Shown here: piece by piece, positions 19,468 through 28,667 of the stretch
How the letters are laid out: every line of letters starts with the position of its first letter
Position numbering within the stretch: the first letter of the stretch is position 1
Origin: Solirubrobacterales bacterium
GTDB taxonomy: Bacteria > Actinomycetota > Thermoleophilia > Solirubrobacterales > JACPNS01
Reading direction: 5' to 3'
DNA: 64,000 bases
Assembly (NCBI GenBank): GCA_016185345.1
Contig: JACPNS010000002.1
Location: 2,149-66,148, forward strand
The notes under the pieces: model-generated
What the model saw: the letters and a program-made list of their open reading frames with translations, nothing else
What the model was told of the DNA's origin: nothing
Database searches by the model: none
Made by a program: the position numbers and the translations under genes

Positions 19468-20655
19468 ATGCTTCCGCTACCTGTCAAGACCGCCACGCTC
19501 GTGGCCATCACCACGTTCATGTTGATGGCTGCGTCCACCGCTTCGGCGGGCGATATCAGCGTAAAAATCACCTCCCCCAGGGCAAACGCGACGATTGGCA
19601 AGCAGGTGAACGTCCAGGCGCGCGTCCGCCCGGTTCGCAAGAACTACAAGATCACGTATTACTTCGACGGCAAGCCGCTCGCAGTCCAGCGCGGCGGAGC
19701 CTCTTCGAGCGTCGGTCGCAGCCAGAAATTGAACATCGCGAATGCGCGCCGGGGGCGCCACACACTTCGCATTGTCGTGCAAACCGGCAGCAAGAAGAAG
19801 TCGAGCAAGAGCGTCATTGTCAACGTCGTGAGGCCTGCTGATTCAGGTACTGCCAAAGGATCGCCCAAGGTAGAAACCGCGGGCGACCAGACAACCATTC
19901 CCGAAAGCGCAAGCTTTCCCACCGGGAACGCCCAGGACTTTAAACTGATATTCGCCGACGACTTCACCAAGGATGCAGCGCTGGGATCGATGGGCAGCGA
20001 CAGCGACCCCGACAAGATCGTCTACACCGGTGCGAACGGCACCAAGTGGCGTACCTATCCCAGGACGTATAAGGACACGTACCAGAAGCGTCCGTACCGC
20101 TCCGACCAGGTGCTCAGCGTGCAGAACGGCAATCTCGACTTCTGGCTTCGCAACGTTGACGGCCAGCCCGCCGGCGCCAACCCATCGCCGGTTCTGCCCA
20201 ACGGCTCGCAGTACCAGACCTACGGCCGCTACTCAGCGCGCGTCAAGGTCGACGCGACCGACCTATCCGAGTACTACATGGCATGGCTGCTCTGGCCGCA
20301 GAATGAATCCGACTGGGCGTCAGCCGAGAGCGACTACCCCGAAGGTTCGCTGCGGCCGGGCCGCAACGGCGTGACGGCCTTCAGCCACTACGGCCCCGGC
20401 CAACAGGAATGGGCCGAGGACAGCTCGGTCGACTTGCACGAGTGGCACACCTACACGCAGGACTGGACTCCCTTGGTCCGCCGCTACTACGTTGACGGAC
20501 GCCTGTTCAAGACGACGAGCAGCCCGGTGTACAGCGGACCTCAGCGTTGGCAGCTCCAGACCGAGACAAACGGCAACGGCAACGGCAACGGCCACCTCAA
20601 GGTCGACTGGGTTGCGGTCTACTCGTACGCACCGGGCACCACTCCCGCAAGCTGA
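19468..20655 (+). CDS. secreted GH16/concanavalin-like glycoside hydrolase (paralogue 2)
   Basis: Also 395 aa, colinear with 18144-19331. YGRYSARVKV, LLWPQNESDWASAESDYPE. Contains (AACGGC)x4 at 20569-20592 encoding (NG)4. Confidence 0.55.
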   Translation: MLPLPVKTATLVAITTFMLMAASTASAGDISVKITSPRANATIGKQVNVQARVRPVRKNYKITYYFDGKPLAVQRGGASSSVGRSQKLNIANARRGRHTLRIVVQTGSKKKSSKSVIVNVVRPADSGTAKGSPKVETAGDQTTIPESASFPTGNAQDFKLIFADDFTKDAALGSMGSDSDPDKIVYTGANGTKWRTYPRTYKDTYQKRPYRSDQVLSVQNGNLDFWLRNVDGQPAGANPSPVLPNGSQYQTYGRYSARVKVDATDLSEYYMAWLLWPQNESDWASAESDYPEGSLRPGRNGVTAFSHYGPGQQEWAEDSSVDLHEWHTYTQDWTPLVRRYYVDGRLFKTTSSPVYSGPQRWQLQTETNGNGNGNGHLKVDWVAVYSYAPGTTPAS

Positions 20656-20661
20656 TCCCTC

Positions 20662-21480
20662 TCAGCGGCGCTCGACGAGTCGACCGACGATGGCTTCGTA
20701 GACGCCGCTTCCGTGCGTGGCCTCTGTGACCCTCACGTTCGCAACGGCCTCAGCCACGGCCTGCAGGTCTGGGTTGAGATCGACTGCGTTGCGCATCAGA
20801 TAGAACTCCCCGACCGCCGACGCGACCTCGAGATCCTCGCGTGAATCCCCGCAGGCGATCACTTCGTCCCGCTCGTAGCCGCGGATCTGCATGTGGCGGG
20901 CGACTGCCTGCGCCTTGCCGGCGACGGTCGGAATCAAGTGGTAGGCGTTCATCTGGTCGAACTGGAGTTTCTCGGACCTTCGATGGATGCGGCCGTTGTC
21001 GATCAGGCGCAGGTGGCCGTGGCCGTTGTCAGCCAGGAATACGTCGATCTCATCTGTATCGACGACGCCGCGGAAGAGATGCGAGACGTCGCGGTTGGTG
21101 TGCCAGGGCGCGTGGTACTCGAGGCGGTCTTCGAAGTTCTCGAGCAGCAGCGTCGGTACACCGGCAGCCTCGATCTGCTGAAAGATGTTGCCAGTCTCGT
21201 TCGGCTCCAACCCGCCGGTGAGCCACTCGATCTCGCCGTCGATCATCAGGCCGCTGCCGACCTCGAAGATGTAACTGGTCTGCCCCATCAGGCGGGCGTC
21301 CTCGAGCACCTGTCCCTGACGCCGTCCGCTGAAGATGCAGATCTCCACGTCGGCGCGCAGGCAGGCCTCGACGGCCTTGACGCCGTCGGTCGTGATGTTG
21401 CCCTCACCGTCGTGAAACAGCGATGCGCCGTAGCCGAGCAGCGTGCCGTCGAGGTCGACGTAGACGCACCTAAGCGCCAC
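20662..21480 (-). CDS. HAD-IIB family phosphatase, possible glucosyl-3-phosphoglycerate phosphatase
   Basis: Motif I VYVDLDGTLLG. Overlaps gpgS by 11 nt (operon). The phosphatase substrate is inferred from context only. Confidence 0.5.
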   Translation of the reverse strand: MALRCVYVDLDGTLLGYGASLFHDGEGNITTDGVKAVEACLRADVEICIFSGRRQGQVLEDARLMGQTSYIFEVGSGLMIDGEIEWLTGGLEPNETGNIFQQIEAAGVPTLLLENFEDRLEYHAPWHTNRDVSHLFRGVVDTDEIDVFLADNGHGHLRLIDNGRIHRRSEKLQFDQMNAYHLIPTVAGKAQAVARHMQIRGYERDEVIACGDSREDLEVASAVGEFYLMRNAVDLNPDLQAVAEAVANVRVTEATHGSGVYEAIVGRLVERR

Positions 21481-22444
21481 TGCCAGCTCCGAGCGATGAG
21501 AGTGGCGGACGAAGCCGCGGCGTGACGTCGCGGTAGCTGACCTCGCCGTCGAAGTAGCCGAGGAACTCGCCGGACTCGGCCAGCTCTGGCGGCGGCTGTT
21601 CGGTCCGGCCGAGCAGCGCCGAAAGCACGGCGTAGGCCATCGGCGCGAGCTCTTCGAGTTGCTGGTGCTTGTTCAACCGCTCGCCGATGTCCGACTGCGC
21701 GATCGCGTCGAGGCCAAAGCGCTTGTAGAAATCAATCAGAAGTTGGATCTCGACTCCGTATCCAGTGCTGAAAGGCAGATCAACCAGCGCCGAGCGACGC
21801 GCGGCGATCTCGCCGGCGAGTGGCTGGCGCATTGCGGCAAGCTCAGGGAAATACATATTCAGCAGCGGCCTGCCGACGAGCTCGTTGACGCGGCCGCCGC
21901 CGCCCTCGATGCGCACGCCAGAAGAGGTGAAAGGCCGATCGAACGCGCCCTTCACGAGCTGCAGCGAGTCCTCGACCAGCAACGGACCAACGAGGCCGGT
22001 CACGAAGGAACCATCGAACGCCTCGGAATCGGAATCGACGAACACGATGATGTCGCCACTCGCAATGCTCAGCCCGCGCCAAAGCGCGTCACCCTTGCCC
22101 GCGGGCGGGCCGAAGTCAGGGAGCAGCTTGCCCTCTTGGTAGACATCTGCGCCGACGGCGCTGGCCGCTTGTGCGCTGCCATCGGCCGAGTCAGCGTCGA
22201 TCACGATGACTTCGTCAATCGCTCCAGCGTCGCGCAGGCGAAGGCAACTGGCTGCGACCCGCCCGACTGTCATCGCGGCTTCCTTCGCCGGAATGACGAC
22301 ACTGATCGTGGTCGCGCCTCTCAATTCGGCGACGCGGGCGGCGCTGAACTCAGCGCCGGCAAAGGTGTTCGATTTGGCCCACAGCTCGGACCGCGCAAGT
22401 TGCGCGCGGCCGACCGACTGTGTTGATGACGAACCCTCGCTCAC
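21470..22444 (-). CDS. gpgS: glucosyl-3-phosphoglycerate synthase (GT81)
   Basis: Colinear with the mycobacterial GpgS sequence as I remember it: ISVVIPA, GKGDALWRGL, VFVDSD, GGGRVNELVGRPLL, GYGVEIQLLID, FGLDAIAQ. Confidence 0.8.
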   Translation of the reverse strand: MSEGSSSTQSVGRAQLARSELWAKSNTFAGAEFSAARVAELRGATTISVVIPAKEAAMTVGRVAASCLRLRDAGAIDEVIVIDADSADGSAQAASAVGADVYQEGKLLPDFGPPAGKGDALWRGLSIASGDIIVFVDSDSEAFDGSFVTGLVGPLLVEDSLQLVKGAFDRPFTSSGVRIEGGGGRVNELVGRPLLNMYFPELAAMRQPLAGEIAARRSALVDLPFSTGYGVEIQLLIDFYKRFGLDAIAQSDIGERLNKHQQLEELAPMAYAVLSALLGRTEQPPPELAESGEFLGYFDGEVSYRDVTPRLRPPLSSLGAGSGA

Positions 22445-22459
22445 ACGAGCGAGCCTAGA

Positions 22460-24007
22460 TCAGACAGCGACTGCCTCGGCCTGCCCGGACGCCGCAGATT
22501 CCCGCGGGGCACGATCAAAGTGCAGATTGCCGTCCTCGATCTCGGCGCGGTTGAAATCGAGATAGTCCTGGTGGTAGGTCATGCGCAACTTCCAGGGCGC
22601 CTTCGAACCGGCCTTCGGGAACTTCTCGATCGCGCGCAAGACGTATCCGGCCGGGAAGTCAAGGAGCGGCTCGAGCTTCATGCTCGGATCGGTGTTGTGC
22701 GGGGTGACCATGTCTGCGCCCGTCTCGTCCATGTGCTTGAGGACGCGGCAGGTGTATTCGGCCACGAGGTCGGCCTTCAGCGTCCACGACGCATTCGTGT
22801 ATCCAACCGTGAAGGCGAAGTTCGGCACATCAGAGAGCATGCAGCCGCGGTAGACGACCGTGTCCTTGGCGTCGCCGAGCACTCCGTCGATCGAGATCTG
22901 GATGTCTCCGAGCGGGACCAGGTCGAGCCCAGTTGCCGTGATCACGATGTCTGCCGGGAGCTCTTTGCCCGACTTCAGCTTGATGCCGTTCTCGGTGAAG
23001 GCCTCGATGTGATCGGTCACGATCTCGGCCTTGCCGCGACGCAGCGCCTTGAAGAGGTCTCCGCTGGGGACGACGCAGAGGCGCTGGTCCCACGGGTCGT
23101 ACGGCGGGTTGAAGTCCTTGCCGACGTCAACCGATGAGCCCTTCACCTGTCGGGCGATTCCGCACATCAGGAGCTTGCGGGCGAGCTTCGGGAAGCGCTG
23201 ACAGAAGTGGTAAAAAGCGAGCGTCTGCGTGGCGTTCTTCCAACGCGTGACTGCGTAGCCGCGCTTGTCGCCGAGCACCTTGAAGAGGAAGCCGGCGATC
23301 GGGTCCTTCTCGGGAAGGGTCATCAGGTAGCTCGGAGTGCGCTGGAGCATCGTGACCATCTCGGCCTTGTCGGTCATCGCCGGGAGGATCGTCACGGCGG
23401 TCGCGCCGCTTCCGATGATCACGACGCGCTTGCCCGAGTAGTCGAGGTCCTCGGGCCAGAACTGCGGACGAATGACTTCGCCGCCGAAGTTCTCGATGCC
23501 GGGGAACTCAGGGTTGAAGCCGTGGTCGTAGCGGTAGTAGCCGGTGTTTCCGTAGAGGAAGTCACAGGTGACCTCGCTCTGCTCGCCGCTCTTGGCGTCC
23601 TCGAGCGTGACGGTCCAGCGCGCGTCCGGGGTGGAGAAATTCGCGGCGACGACTTTCTTGCCGAAACGAATGTGCTGATCAACGCCGGTCTCTGACGCAG
23701 CTTCCGTCACATAGGCAAGGATCGAAGGTCCGTCGGCGATCGACTTGGCGTTCACCCAGGGCTTGAACTTGTATCCGAGCGTGTACATGTCCGAGTCCGA
23801 GCGGATGCCGGGATAGCGGAAGAGGTCCCAGGTGCCGCCGATGCGCTCGCGCATTTCGACGATCAGAAACGACTTGTCCGGGAGCTTCTGCTGCAGGTGG
23901 CGTGCGGCTCCGATTCCAGACAGGCCGGCCCCGACGATCAGGACATCAACGTGATTGACGGCTTCGGCGGTCTCGTTCGATTCAGCTGCGACTGGCGTGG
24001 CGGACAT
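22460..24007 (-). CDS. FAD-dependent Baeyer-Villiger-type monooxygenase, EthA-like
   Basis: Start ATG 24007. VLIVGAGLSGIGAA, GGTWDLFRYPGIRSDSDMYTLGYKFKPW, RPQFWPEDLDYSGKRVVIIGSGATA, TVGYTNASWTLKADLV. Close to M. tuberculosis EthA as remembered. Confidence 0.85.
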   Translation of the reverse strand: MSATPVAAESNETAEAVNHVDVLIVGAGLSGIGAARHLQQKLPDKSFLIVEMRERIGGTWDLFRYPGIRSDSDMYTLGYKFKPWVNAKSIADGPSILAYVTEAASETGVDQHIRFGKKVVAANFSTPDARWTVTLEDAKSGEQSEVTCDFLYGNTGYYRYDHGFNPEFPGIENFGGEVIRPQFWPEDLDYSGKRVVIIGSGATAVTILPAMTDKAEMVTMLQRTPSYLMTLPEKDPIAGFLFKVLGDKRGYAVTRWKNATQTLAFYHFCQRFPKLARKLLMCGIARQVKGSSVDVGKDFNPPYDPWDQRLCVVPSGDLFKALRRGKAEIVTDHIEAFTENGIKLKSGKELPADIVITATGLDLVPLGDIQISIDGVLGDAKDTVVYRGCMLSDVPNFAFTVGYTNASWTLKADLVAEYTCRVLKHMDETGADMVTPHNTDPSMKLEPLLDFPAGYVLRAIEKFPKAGSKAPWKLRMTYHQDYLDFNRAEIEDGNLHFDRAPRESAASGQAEAVAV

Positions 24008-24079
24008 CTGGGAACTCCTAGGGGAAGGATGGACTGGCTCGGCCAGCATACCAACACAGTGTCGAGTTTGTCAACTACT

Positions 24080-24097
24080 TGTCGAAATTATTCGACA
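24080..24097. promoter_or_regulatory. candidate TetR operator in the divergent promoter region
   Basis: Inverted repeat TGTCGAA-ATTA-TTCGACA within the 108-bp gap between the monooxygenase and TetR starts. Confidence 0.4.
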
Positions 24098-24115
24098 GGG
24101 TGTATATTGAGTGGG

Positions 24116-24772
24116 ATGGCTTCCCCCACCAAGTCCCCCGAGCGCGGCCGTCGCGCCAAGCGACCGACCGGCGACGAGCGCGAACAATTGATTCGCGAGA
24201 CGCTCGAGTCGTTGCTCGCGTCAAAGAACTTCCACGAGATCTCGATCGACGACCTGGCCAAGGGCGCCGGGATCTCGCGACCGACCTTCTACTTCTACTT
24301 CGAGTCCAAAGAGGCCGTTCTGCTTTCTTTGCTCGACGCGATCGTCAGCCAGGCCGACGCGGCAAGCGACGCGGCCCAGGCTGCGCTTGATCGCGACCCC
24401 GCACGCTTCCTGCGCGATTCGCTCTCGGCCTACTTCCACTACTTCGGCGAGCACCGGAACGTTTCGGTCGCAGGCAGCGAGGCAAGCGCGGCCAACCCCC
24501 AGGTGCGCTCGTTGTGGAACGAAGTGCGTGAGCGCTGGGTCAGCGCGGCGGTCTCGGCGATTGAAGCCGAACGCGCACGCGGCGCGGCTCCCGAGGGCCT
24601 GCCGGCTCGCGATCTGGCGATCGCACTCTTGAACATGAACGAGGGTGTGTTGTTCTCTTCCTTCGCCGGCGAGCAGCCTGCGGTGGACGAGGACCACGTC
24701 GTGGACGTCCTCACTGACGTCTGGCTGAAGGCGATCTACGGCGGTCAACCGCCCGAGCCGGCACAGACCTAG
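24116..24772 (+). CDS. TetR-family repressor (EthR-like arrangement)
   Basis: Start ATG 24116. HTH ISIDDLAKGAGISRPTFYFYFESKEAVL. Divergent from the monooxygenase. Confidence 0.8.
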   Translation: MASPTKSPERGRRAKRPTGDEREQLIRETLESLLASKNFHEISIDDLAKGAGISRPTFYFYFESKEAVLLSLLDAIVSQADAASDAAQAALDRDPARFLRDSLSAYFHYFGEHRNVSVAGSEASAANPQVRSLWNEVRERWVSAAVSAIEAERARGAAPEGLPARDLAIALLNMNEGVLFSSFAGEQPAVDEDHVVDVLTDVWLKAIYGGQPPEPAQT

Positions 24773-24782
24773 GATTGAGCGG

Positions 24783-27086
24783 GTGCCAAGCACCCGCTGG
24801 GAAAACCTCTTCGAAGTAGACAACGCGCCGAGCGAACAACTCGTCGAGCTCGCGCACGAGTCTGGCCAAGCGCCCTTCCTCGTTGATCTGCCCGACGAGT
24901 TGAACCCGCGCGTCGCGGCAGCTCTCGCTGCAACCGGAATCGAAAAGCTCTACGGCCACCAGCTCCAGTGCTTTGACGAGGCGATGGGAGTCGGCGACTC
25001 GCGCGGCGGCAACGTGATCGTCACGACCGGAACCGCCAGCGGCAAGTCGCTCTGCTTCAACCTGCCGGTGCTGCACACGCTCGCTTCAGACACCAAGGCT
25101 CGCGCGCTCTACCTCTACCCGACCAAAGCGCTCGCGCAGGATCAGGCCAGAAAGCTCGGACAACTCGGCACAGCGATCGAGAAGCACGGCCGCGGCCGCT
25201 CCGCCACGCTGCGCCACGCGATCTACGACGGCGACACGCCCAGCGGCGAGCGCAGGCAGATCCGCGAACGCAGCAACCTCGTGCTCAGCAACCCCGACAT
25301 GCTCAACCAAGGCGTGCTGCCGAACCACCGTCAGTGGGCCGACTTCTTCGCCAACCTCGCGTGGATCGTCGTTGACGAGGCGCATGTGTATCGCGGCGTC
25401 TTCGGCTCGCATGTCGCCAACGTACTGCGCCGCCTTCGCCGGATCGCCGCTGCCTACGGGACGGATCCGCGCATCATCATGACCAGCGCAACGATCGCCA
25501 ATCCTTTGCAGCTGGCCGAGCGACTCTCGGGCGAGAAGTTCCAACTCGTGGACCGCGACAGCGGCCCCCATCCCGATCGCCAGATCGCAATGTGGAACAC
25601 GCCGCTGCTCGACGAGAAGGCGGGCACGCGTGGAAGCGCGCTGGGCGAGGCGTCCTCGATGTTGGTGAAGCTCGTGCGCGCGGACATCCGCACGATCGTC
25701 TTCATGAAGTCGCGGCGAGGGGTCGAGCTGATCCATCGCTTCGCGACCGATGCGCTGGCCGATCGCCCTGATCTCGCTGAGGCAGTGATGCCTTACCGCG
25801 CCGGCTACACCGCAGCGCAGCGCCGCGAGATCGAGCAAAAGCTCGCTAGCGGCCAACTCAAAGCGGTAATTGCAACGAGTGCGCTCGAACTCGGGATCGA
25901 CATCGGCGCGCTCGATGCCGCGATCGTCACCACGTTTCCCGGGACCGTCGCGTCGCTGCGCCAGATGTGGGGCCGCGCCGGCCGCGACCACGAGGGCCTT
26001 GCGGTCTACATCGCTGGGGAGGACGCGCTCGACCAGTTCTTCTGCCGCCATCCCGATGAGTTTCTCGAGCGCCCGGTCGAGGCGGCGATCCTTGATCCCT
26101 GGAACGAGTCGGTCCACCTGCGCCACCTCCACGCCGCCGTCTATGAGCTTCCGCTCCGTCCCGCCGACTCGGAGTTTTTCGGCGAATCCGTCACGGAGTT
26201 TGCAACGCAGCTCGTCGCGGCCGGCGCCGTGCGCGAAGACGGCGGTCGCTGGCTGCCACGCGGCGAGGACTTCCCGGCGGCGCGGATCGCCCTGCGCTCG
26301 GCGAGCGCCGACAACTTCCACATCGTTGACTCCGATAGCGGTGAAGTGATGGGCACCGTCGAGGCCGAGCGGGCATTCACCACTACTCACCCCGGCGCCG
26401 TTTATCTGCACATCGGTCGTCAGTACGAGATCGACGAACTCGATCCCAACTCGCGGACCGTCGTCGCGCGCCCGTTCACGGGCGATTGGTACACGCAGCC
26501 AAAGTTCGAGACCGACACGTTCATAGAGAAGGTCGAGGAGTCCCGCCCGATCGCCGCCGGCACGCTGAACTTCGGCCACGTCGCCGTGACCGAGCAGGTG
26601 ATCGCCTACCAGCGCAAGTCGATCAGCGACCACGAGACGCTTTCATTGGAGTCGCTCGACCTGCCGCCCCAGCACTTCATGACGCAAGCGCTCTGGTACA
26701 CGCTTGACGACGTTGAGCCCGGTGGCGAGCTACCGCTCGACGTGCTCCAGGGCTCGCTGCACGCCGCCGAGCACTCCCAGATCGCTGTGCTGCCGTTGAT
26801 CGCAATGTGCGACCGCTGGGACATCGGTGGGCTTTCGACGGCCTTCCACCCCCAGACGGGCAAGCCGACGATTTTCATCTACGACGGGCACCCCGGCGGC
26901 GTCGGAATCACGCGGAGGGGCTTCGAGCAGTTCGAGCGCCTGACCACCGATGCGATGCGCCTGATCGCCGAGTGCAAGTGCGAGACCGGTTGCCCGAGCT
27001 GCATCCAGAGCCCCAAGTGCGGGAATCTCAACGAGCCGCTGCACAAGGCAGGCGCGCACAAACTTCTGGGCTCGTTGATCGGCTGA
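24783..27086 (+). CDS. DEXH-box helicase with C-terminal DUF1998 zinc domain (MrfA/YprA/SftH-like)
   Basis: Motif I TGTASGKS, motif II VVDEAH, SATIAN, C-terminal CKCETGCPSCIQSPKCGN. GTG start. Confidence 0.85.
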   Translation: MPSTRWENLFEVDNAPSEQLVELAHESGQAPFLVDLPDELNPRVAAALAATGIEKLYGHQLQCFDEAMGVGDSRGGNVIVTTGTASGKSLCFNLPVLHTLASDTKARALYLYPTKALAQDQARKLGQLGTAIEKHGRGRSATLRHAIYDGDTPSGERRQIRERSNLVLSNPDMLNQGVLPNHRQWADFFANLAWIVVDEAHVYRGVFGSHVANVLRRLRRIAAAYGTDPRIIMTSATIANPLQLAERLSGEKFQLVDRDSGPHPDRQIAMWNTPLLDEKAGTRGSALGEASSMLVKLVRADIRTIVFMKSRRGVELIHRFATDALADRPDLAEAVMPYRAGYTAAQRREIEQKLASGQLKAVIATSALELGIDIGALDAAIVTTFPGTVASLRQMWGRAGRDHEGLAVYIAGEDALDQFFCRHPDEFLERPVEAAILDPWNESVHLRHLHAAVYELPLRPADSEFFGESVTEFATQLVAAGAVREDGGRWLPRGEDFPAARIALRSASADNFHIVDSDSGEVMGTVEAERAFTTTHPGAVYLHIGRQYEIDELDPNSRTVVARPFTGDWYTQPKFETDTFIEKVEESRPIAAGTLNFGHVAVTEQVIAYQRKSISDHETLSLESLDLPPQHFMTQALWYTLDDVEPGGELPLDVLQGSLHAAEHSQIAVLPLIAMCDRWDIGGLSTAFHPQTGKPTIFIYDGHPGGVGITRRGFEQFERLTTDAMRLIAECKCETGCPSCIQSPKCGNLNEPLHKAGAHKLLGSLIG

Positions 27087-27162
27087 CGGCTGCAAGCCCG
27101 CTGGCATGAAACGCCGGACCGCTACCCGGCGCCGAATTAACGGTTAGAGGTCAGGGAGGATC

Positions 27163-28143
27163 ATGATGTTTTTCAGCTCGCAGTTCTACAAAACGCTCGC
27201 ACTCTTGACCGTGCTGACCGCGCTACTTGCGCCGCAGGCCTTCGCAGCTGACGGCGGCACGTCGCCGAGCACCGACAACGAGAAGCCTACCGGCGGGGCT
27301 TCGGTCGGCGGGTCCACCGAGGCCAGGCGCGCGCCCGTTCTGACGATCTACAAACTCAGCGACACGGCTCTCGCCGACGGCAGCGCGATGAATCTGCAAT
27401 ATCGCTTCAACGCTCCGGCCAAGCGAGTCCGCGTGCGCGCGATCGTGCGCACCGGCAGGGGCACTTACATCAAGACTCTTGAGCTGGGCGTGCGCAGCAC
27501 GAACGTCACGCAGAAGACTTCACTCACGGCCAACGAACTCGGCGTGCGACGCGCCGGCAGCTTCAAGCTTCGCCTCACCGCGAAGGACGAAAAGAAGCGC
27601 GCGGCAAAGCGTGCCAAGAAGATCCCTGCCTGGCGCAACTTCACGTTCACAAACCGTCGCTTTCCGCTCACTGGTCCGTTCAGCTTTGGCAGCGACGAGG
27701 CGCGCTTTGGCGCTGGTCGCTCCGGACGTTCGCACCAGGGGCAGGATGTGACCGCCGATCCCGGCACGCGAATTGTTGCGCCCTACGGCGGAGTCGTCAG
27801 TTATGCCACGTTCCAGGCAGACGCGGCGGGCTATTACGTAGTCCTGCGCGGAGATGACGGCCGCGACTACGTCTTCATGCACATGCTCGAAGGCTCGACT
27901 GCAGTGAAAGCCGGCCAGCGGGTCACAACCGGTCAAACAATCGGAAAGGTGGGCTCGTCTGGCCGTTCGAGCGGGCCACACCTGCACTTTGAGATCTGGA
28001 TCGACGGCCCCTGGCAGCTCGGCGGAAAGCCGATCGATCCGCTGCCCTTGCTGAAGTCGTGGCTCGCGAGCGGACCCGGCGGTGCGATTCGTACGAGCAT
28101 CGCTGGCAGCACGGCTCACGCGACCGAAGGACCGCTCGACTGA
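27163..28143 (+). CDS. secreted M23 family metallopeptidase
   Basis: Signal peptide. HQGQDV...GPHLHFEIW. Basic Ig-like N-terminal module. Confidence 0.8.
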   Translation: MMFFSSQFYKTLALLTVLTALLAPQAFAADGGTSPSTDNEKPTGGASVGGSTEARRAPVLTIYKLSDTALADGSAMNLQYRFNAPAKRVRVRAIVRTGRGTYIKTLELGVRSTNVTQKTSLTANELGVRRAGSFKLRLTAKDEKKRAAKRAKKIPAWRNFTFTNRRFPLTGPFSFGSDEARFGAGRSGRSHQGQDVTADPGTRIVAPYGGVVSYATFQADAAGYYVVLRGDDGRDYVFMHMLEGSTAVKAGQRVTTGQTIGKVGSSGRSSGPHLHFEIWIDGPWQLGGKPIDPLPLLKSWLASGPGGAIRTSIAGSTAHATEGPLD

Positions 28144-28172
28144 CATCGCTCCCCTCGTAGGATTGCCCCTGA

Positions 28173-28667
28173 ATGGCAATCCTGAGACCAGAGCAACCCG
28201 GCGACGCAGCTGAGATCGCCGCGATTCATGTGGCGGCGTTCGAGGATGCATCTGAAGCCGAGTTGATCGCGCGTCTGAGGGTCAGCGAGGTCTGGGTCCC
28301 CGAGCTGAGCCTTCTGGTTCAGCAGGAAGAACAGCTCGTCGCCCACGCACTGCTCAGCCAAGTTGTCGCGGGCGAGTCGGAGGCCCTTGTGCTCGGGCCG
28401 ATTGCGATCCTTCCAGACCACCAACGTGGCGGCCTTGGGACCGCACTGGTGCGAATGGGTCTTGAGCGCGCCCGCGCCCTGAAGTACGAATGCGTCGTCG
28501 CTATCGGCCCCGGTGATTTTCTCGCCAACTGCGGATTCCGACCCGCCCGTGGCCGCGGGCTTACCATTGAGATGGACGTACCCGACGAGAACTTTTGCGT
28601 CGCTGAACTGGCACCGATGGGCGTGACCCCTGGACCAGTACTTTTTCCTGAAGAATGGACTGCATGA
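28173..28667 (+). CDS. GNAT family N-acetyltransferase
   Basis: 164 aa. HQRGGLGTALV acetyl-CoA binding motif. Confidence 0.7.
   Translation: MAILRPEQPGDAAEIAAIHVAAFEDASEAELIARLRVSEVWVPELSLLVQQEEQLVAHALLSQVVAGESEALVLGPIAILPDHQRGGLGTALVRMGLERARALKYECVVAIGPGDFLANCGFRPARGRGLTIEMDVPDENFCVAELAPMGVTPGPVLFPEEWTA

Noticed and set aside
20847-20857. CCCCGCAGGCG 11-mer identical to the hairpin-element core, considered as a fourth copy
   Set aside because: It lies inside the HAD phosphatase coding sequence. There is no CGAGGAG partner and no flanking inverted repeat, so it is probably a chance match in GC-rich DNA.
25086-26633. 515-aa ORF antisense to the helicase gene
   Set aside because: Fully contained in, and opposite to, a gene with clear helicase motifs. 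Arg/Ala/Gly-rich composition typical of stop-free antisense frames in high-GC DNA. No recognisable motif.
27087-27162. Possible cyclic-di-AMP (ydaO-type) riboswitch upstream of the M23 peptidase
   Set aside because: Only 76 nt are available, and I see none of the conserved ydaO helices. The region is too short for that riboswitch class.
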